A stretch of DNA of 64,000 bases, from NCBI GenBank assembly GCA_904063045.1, contig CAJFCJ010000006.1, positions 3,054,408-3,118,407 on the forward strand, given 5' to 3'. The notes beneath the pieces were generated by a model, which ran no database searches, was not told the origin of the DNA, and worked only from the letters and a program-made list of their open reading frames with translations. Origin of the DNA: Dimorphilus gyrociliatus (Eukaryota > Animalia > Annelida). Positions 61,908 to 64,000 of the stretch are shown piece after piece. How positions within the stretch are numbered: position 1 is the first letter of the stretch; the number at the start of each line of letters is the position of its first letter. Position numbers and translations under genes: made by a program.

Positions 61908-64000
61908 CTATGCGTCAACACTAACTTCTTCAACGTTAAAAGTTGGTGAATTTACGCTTTGGGCGCTACTGTTTTTATCGTTGTCTTCAGTTTCTTCATC
62001 ATCATCATCTTCATCATCCTCCTCATCAGATGATCCTATTGAATAATTATTTATCTCTTCGCTTTTCGTATTCGAACTAGAATCGTTTTTGGTTATATTG
62101 GACGGTGAAATCGAACTATCTGGCATCATTAATGAAGATTCTTCCCCAGCACTCGTTTCGGTGGATTCTACTTGTTTTTTTAATAATTTTCCCCTTTCCT
62201 TTCTCGTCTTCGATTTTGAACTTTTCACCCTCACAGTAGTTTTATCCGAAGGGTCCGGCTTATATTCTTTATCGAATTTTTGCATATAGGTTTCAATAAA
62301 CGACTTTGCTTTAGACTTTACATCCAAATTAACTTCCAAGTCTTGAATATTTCTACAATGTTTTAATTCTTTCATCATAATTAAATGAGTCAATTTTCGT
62401 GCTAAGGTCTTAAAATCATCATTGTTTTTTATTCTGCCCTGCTTGCAATCCGTTTTATGATAAGGATTTAAAACGTGGACAACATAGGCCGATATCTGGA
62501 ACAATTTTGAAAAATAAACAATATACATATATAGAGAAAATATAAGAAACATACGGCTTTTTTAAATTTATCTTTAAATTTCTTTTCTCGTTTTATCATA
62601 TTTTCTTTCTCATCTTTAATTCTTTTCCTTTTTTCTTTTTCTTTTGTCTTCTCTTGCAACTGATTGATGGTAGTAAATGTAGGAATAAAAAAAAGCTTAA
62701 TTAATATTTGCAATTTAAAAAAACATTAATATTGTGACAGATTTTTATATTATTATCAAAAGATAATGAAATTATTTTCCATATAGATAGAGAAATTATA
62801 AAACTGTTTAATCCTTCATTAGGTAATTGATTAATAGAAATATTTATTTTTTAAGGTATTATATAATTAATAATAAATAATAAAAAATAAATAAAGCCAA
62901 TAAAGGTTTTCAATAAAGCATTAGCTAAATAGTTAATAAGTTCAATCACCCCGGAATAAATTTTGGTGAAATTAAAATGGAGAAATAATTTGTGAGACAT
63001 ATCAGAAGGATCAAGACAAATTTTGGCATAAAGCAGTAAAAAAATATTAGGGAAAAAAATTATGTGTCATTACATGATGAATTGTAAGAGGACTTAATTC
63101 GCCATCGCTGACAATCTGTAAATGGCGCTAGTTATAAAATTCACTAATAAAAGAAGACTATATAAAAAACTTTGTTTATAAAAAGAAATACATTATTTAA
63201 TTGAAGATTAATTTAAAATTGAAAAAATAAAATTAAAAACTATTGGAAATACACGTACATTGGTTTCAGTTGATTCAGGACTAGGAGGTGGAGGGGACCA
63301 TCGTGTTTCCCTGTTGATATATTTTTAATGCAACATTCTATATATATCATCTTAAAAAAATAACTTACTTTGTTTTTATATTATAATAATATGGTGTTCC
63401 GTCACCGTCATGAGCAATTTTCCAACTTTTTGGCAACTTTTTGCTAATAGATATGGGCTTGGGGGGAGGAGGAGGTACCTATTATACGAAGATAATATAT
63501 ATATATATATATTTATATTTATTATCTCAATCAAATATTAATATGTATATATAGATATTTACTTTTGGTCTTGCTCTAGGATCTGATGGAGGTGTACCCT
63601 GAGAAGCAAAAACATCGGATAGCCTTTCTTCAAAATTGGATACCGACGATGAAGGTTCCTGAGGAGGCGGCGCTGGGTTCCACGAAACAAATGTATGATC
63701 AGAAGGAACGGTAGGAGCTCCGTATACTACAGGCACTTGATGACCTGCATAAACCACAGGCACTGTAAAAGCAGAAGGCTGAACGACGGGTGGAAGATTT
63801 GTTCTGGGCTGAAAGATAACAGAATAGGTTTAATATAACTTTAGATTAATATTGAAATCAATGATACTTACTGTATTAACTTCGAAAAATTCTTGACCGG
63901 ATAGTTTAAAGCTTGACACAGGTGTTACCTAATAAACGGTAGTTTAAAATCAGCATTAGCATTTATAAAATATATAAAATTTACTTCATTCATGCTTTCC
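61908..64000 (-). CDS. SETD2: SETD2/Set2 3' part (WW and SRI domains); gene extends beyond the window
   Basis: WW domain LPKSWKIAHDGDGTPYYYNIKTKETRWSPP; SRI domain LNPYHKTDCKQGRIKNNDDFKTLARKLTHLIMMKELK...KAKSFIETYMQKF. Confidence 0.9.

Noticed and set aside
1-64000. Prokaryotic systems (CRISPR, operons, defence islands), horizontally transferred genes, rRNA or tRNA
   Set aside because: All recognisable genes are spliced metazoan families; I saw no repeat-spacer array, transposase, reverse transcriptase, cloverleaf or rRNA signature.

Overview
AT-rich, very gene-dense animal genomic DNA with GT-AG introns mostly about 55-100 nt long. It looks like a compact invertebrate genome with motile cilia; a miniaturised spiralian such as Dimorphilus would fit, but that is inference only. 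By splicing exons by hand I reconstruct about 19 protein-coding genes: integrin alpha (5' end missing), JHY, LMBR1, a compact KDM3, RETREG/FAM134, a tail-less BMPR2/wit-like receptor, AAMP, DAP1, CCDC14-like, HEATR4, Elongin B, HDHD5, a myristoylated orphan, a secreted peptide precursor, DNPEP, legumain, MYCBP, septin-7 and the 3' end of SETD2. I saw no rRNA, tRNA, CRISPR array or autonomous transposon. The main discovery candidate is a 4-exon, 105-aa prepropeptide gene (50519-51051) that the ORF track misses. Its architecture and C-terminal segment resemble vertebrate preprogalanin/GMAP. Other highlights are a U12-type intron in HDHD5, perfect CLEAR/E-box elements directly upstream of RETREG and legumain, a series of CTCF-like motifs, an RFX X-box upstream of JHY, and a 153-nt inverted-repeat structured element at 49333-49485. 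All family assignments come from recalled motifs, not database searches.
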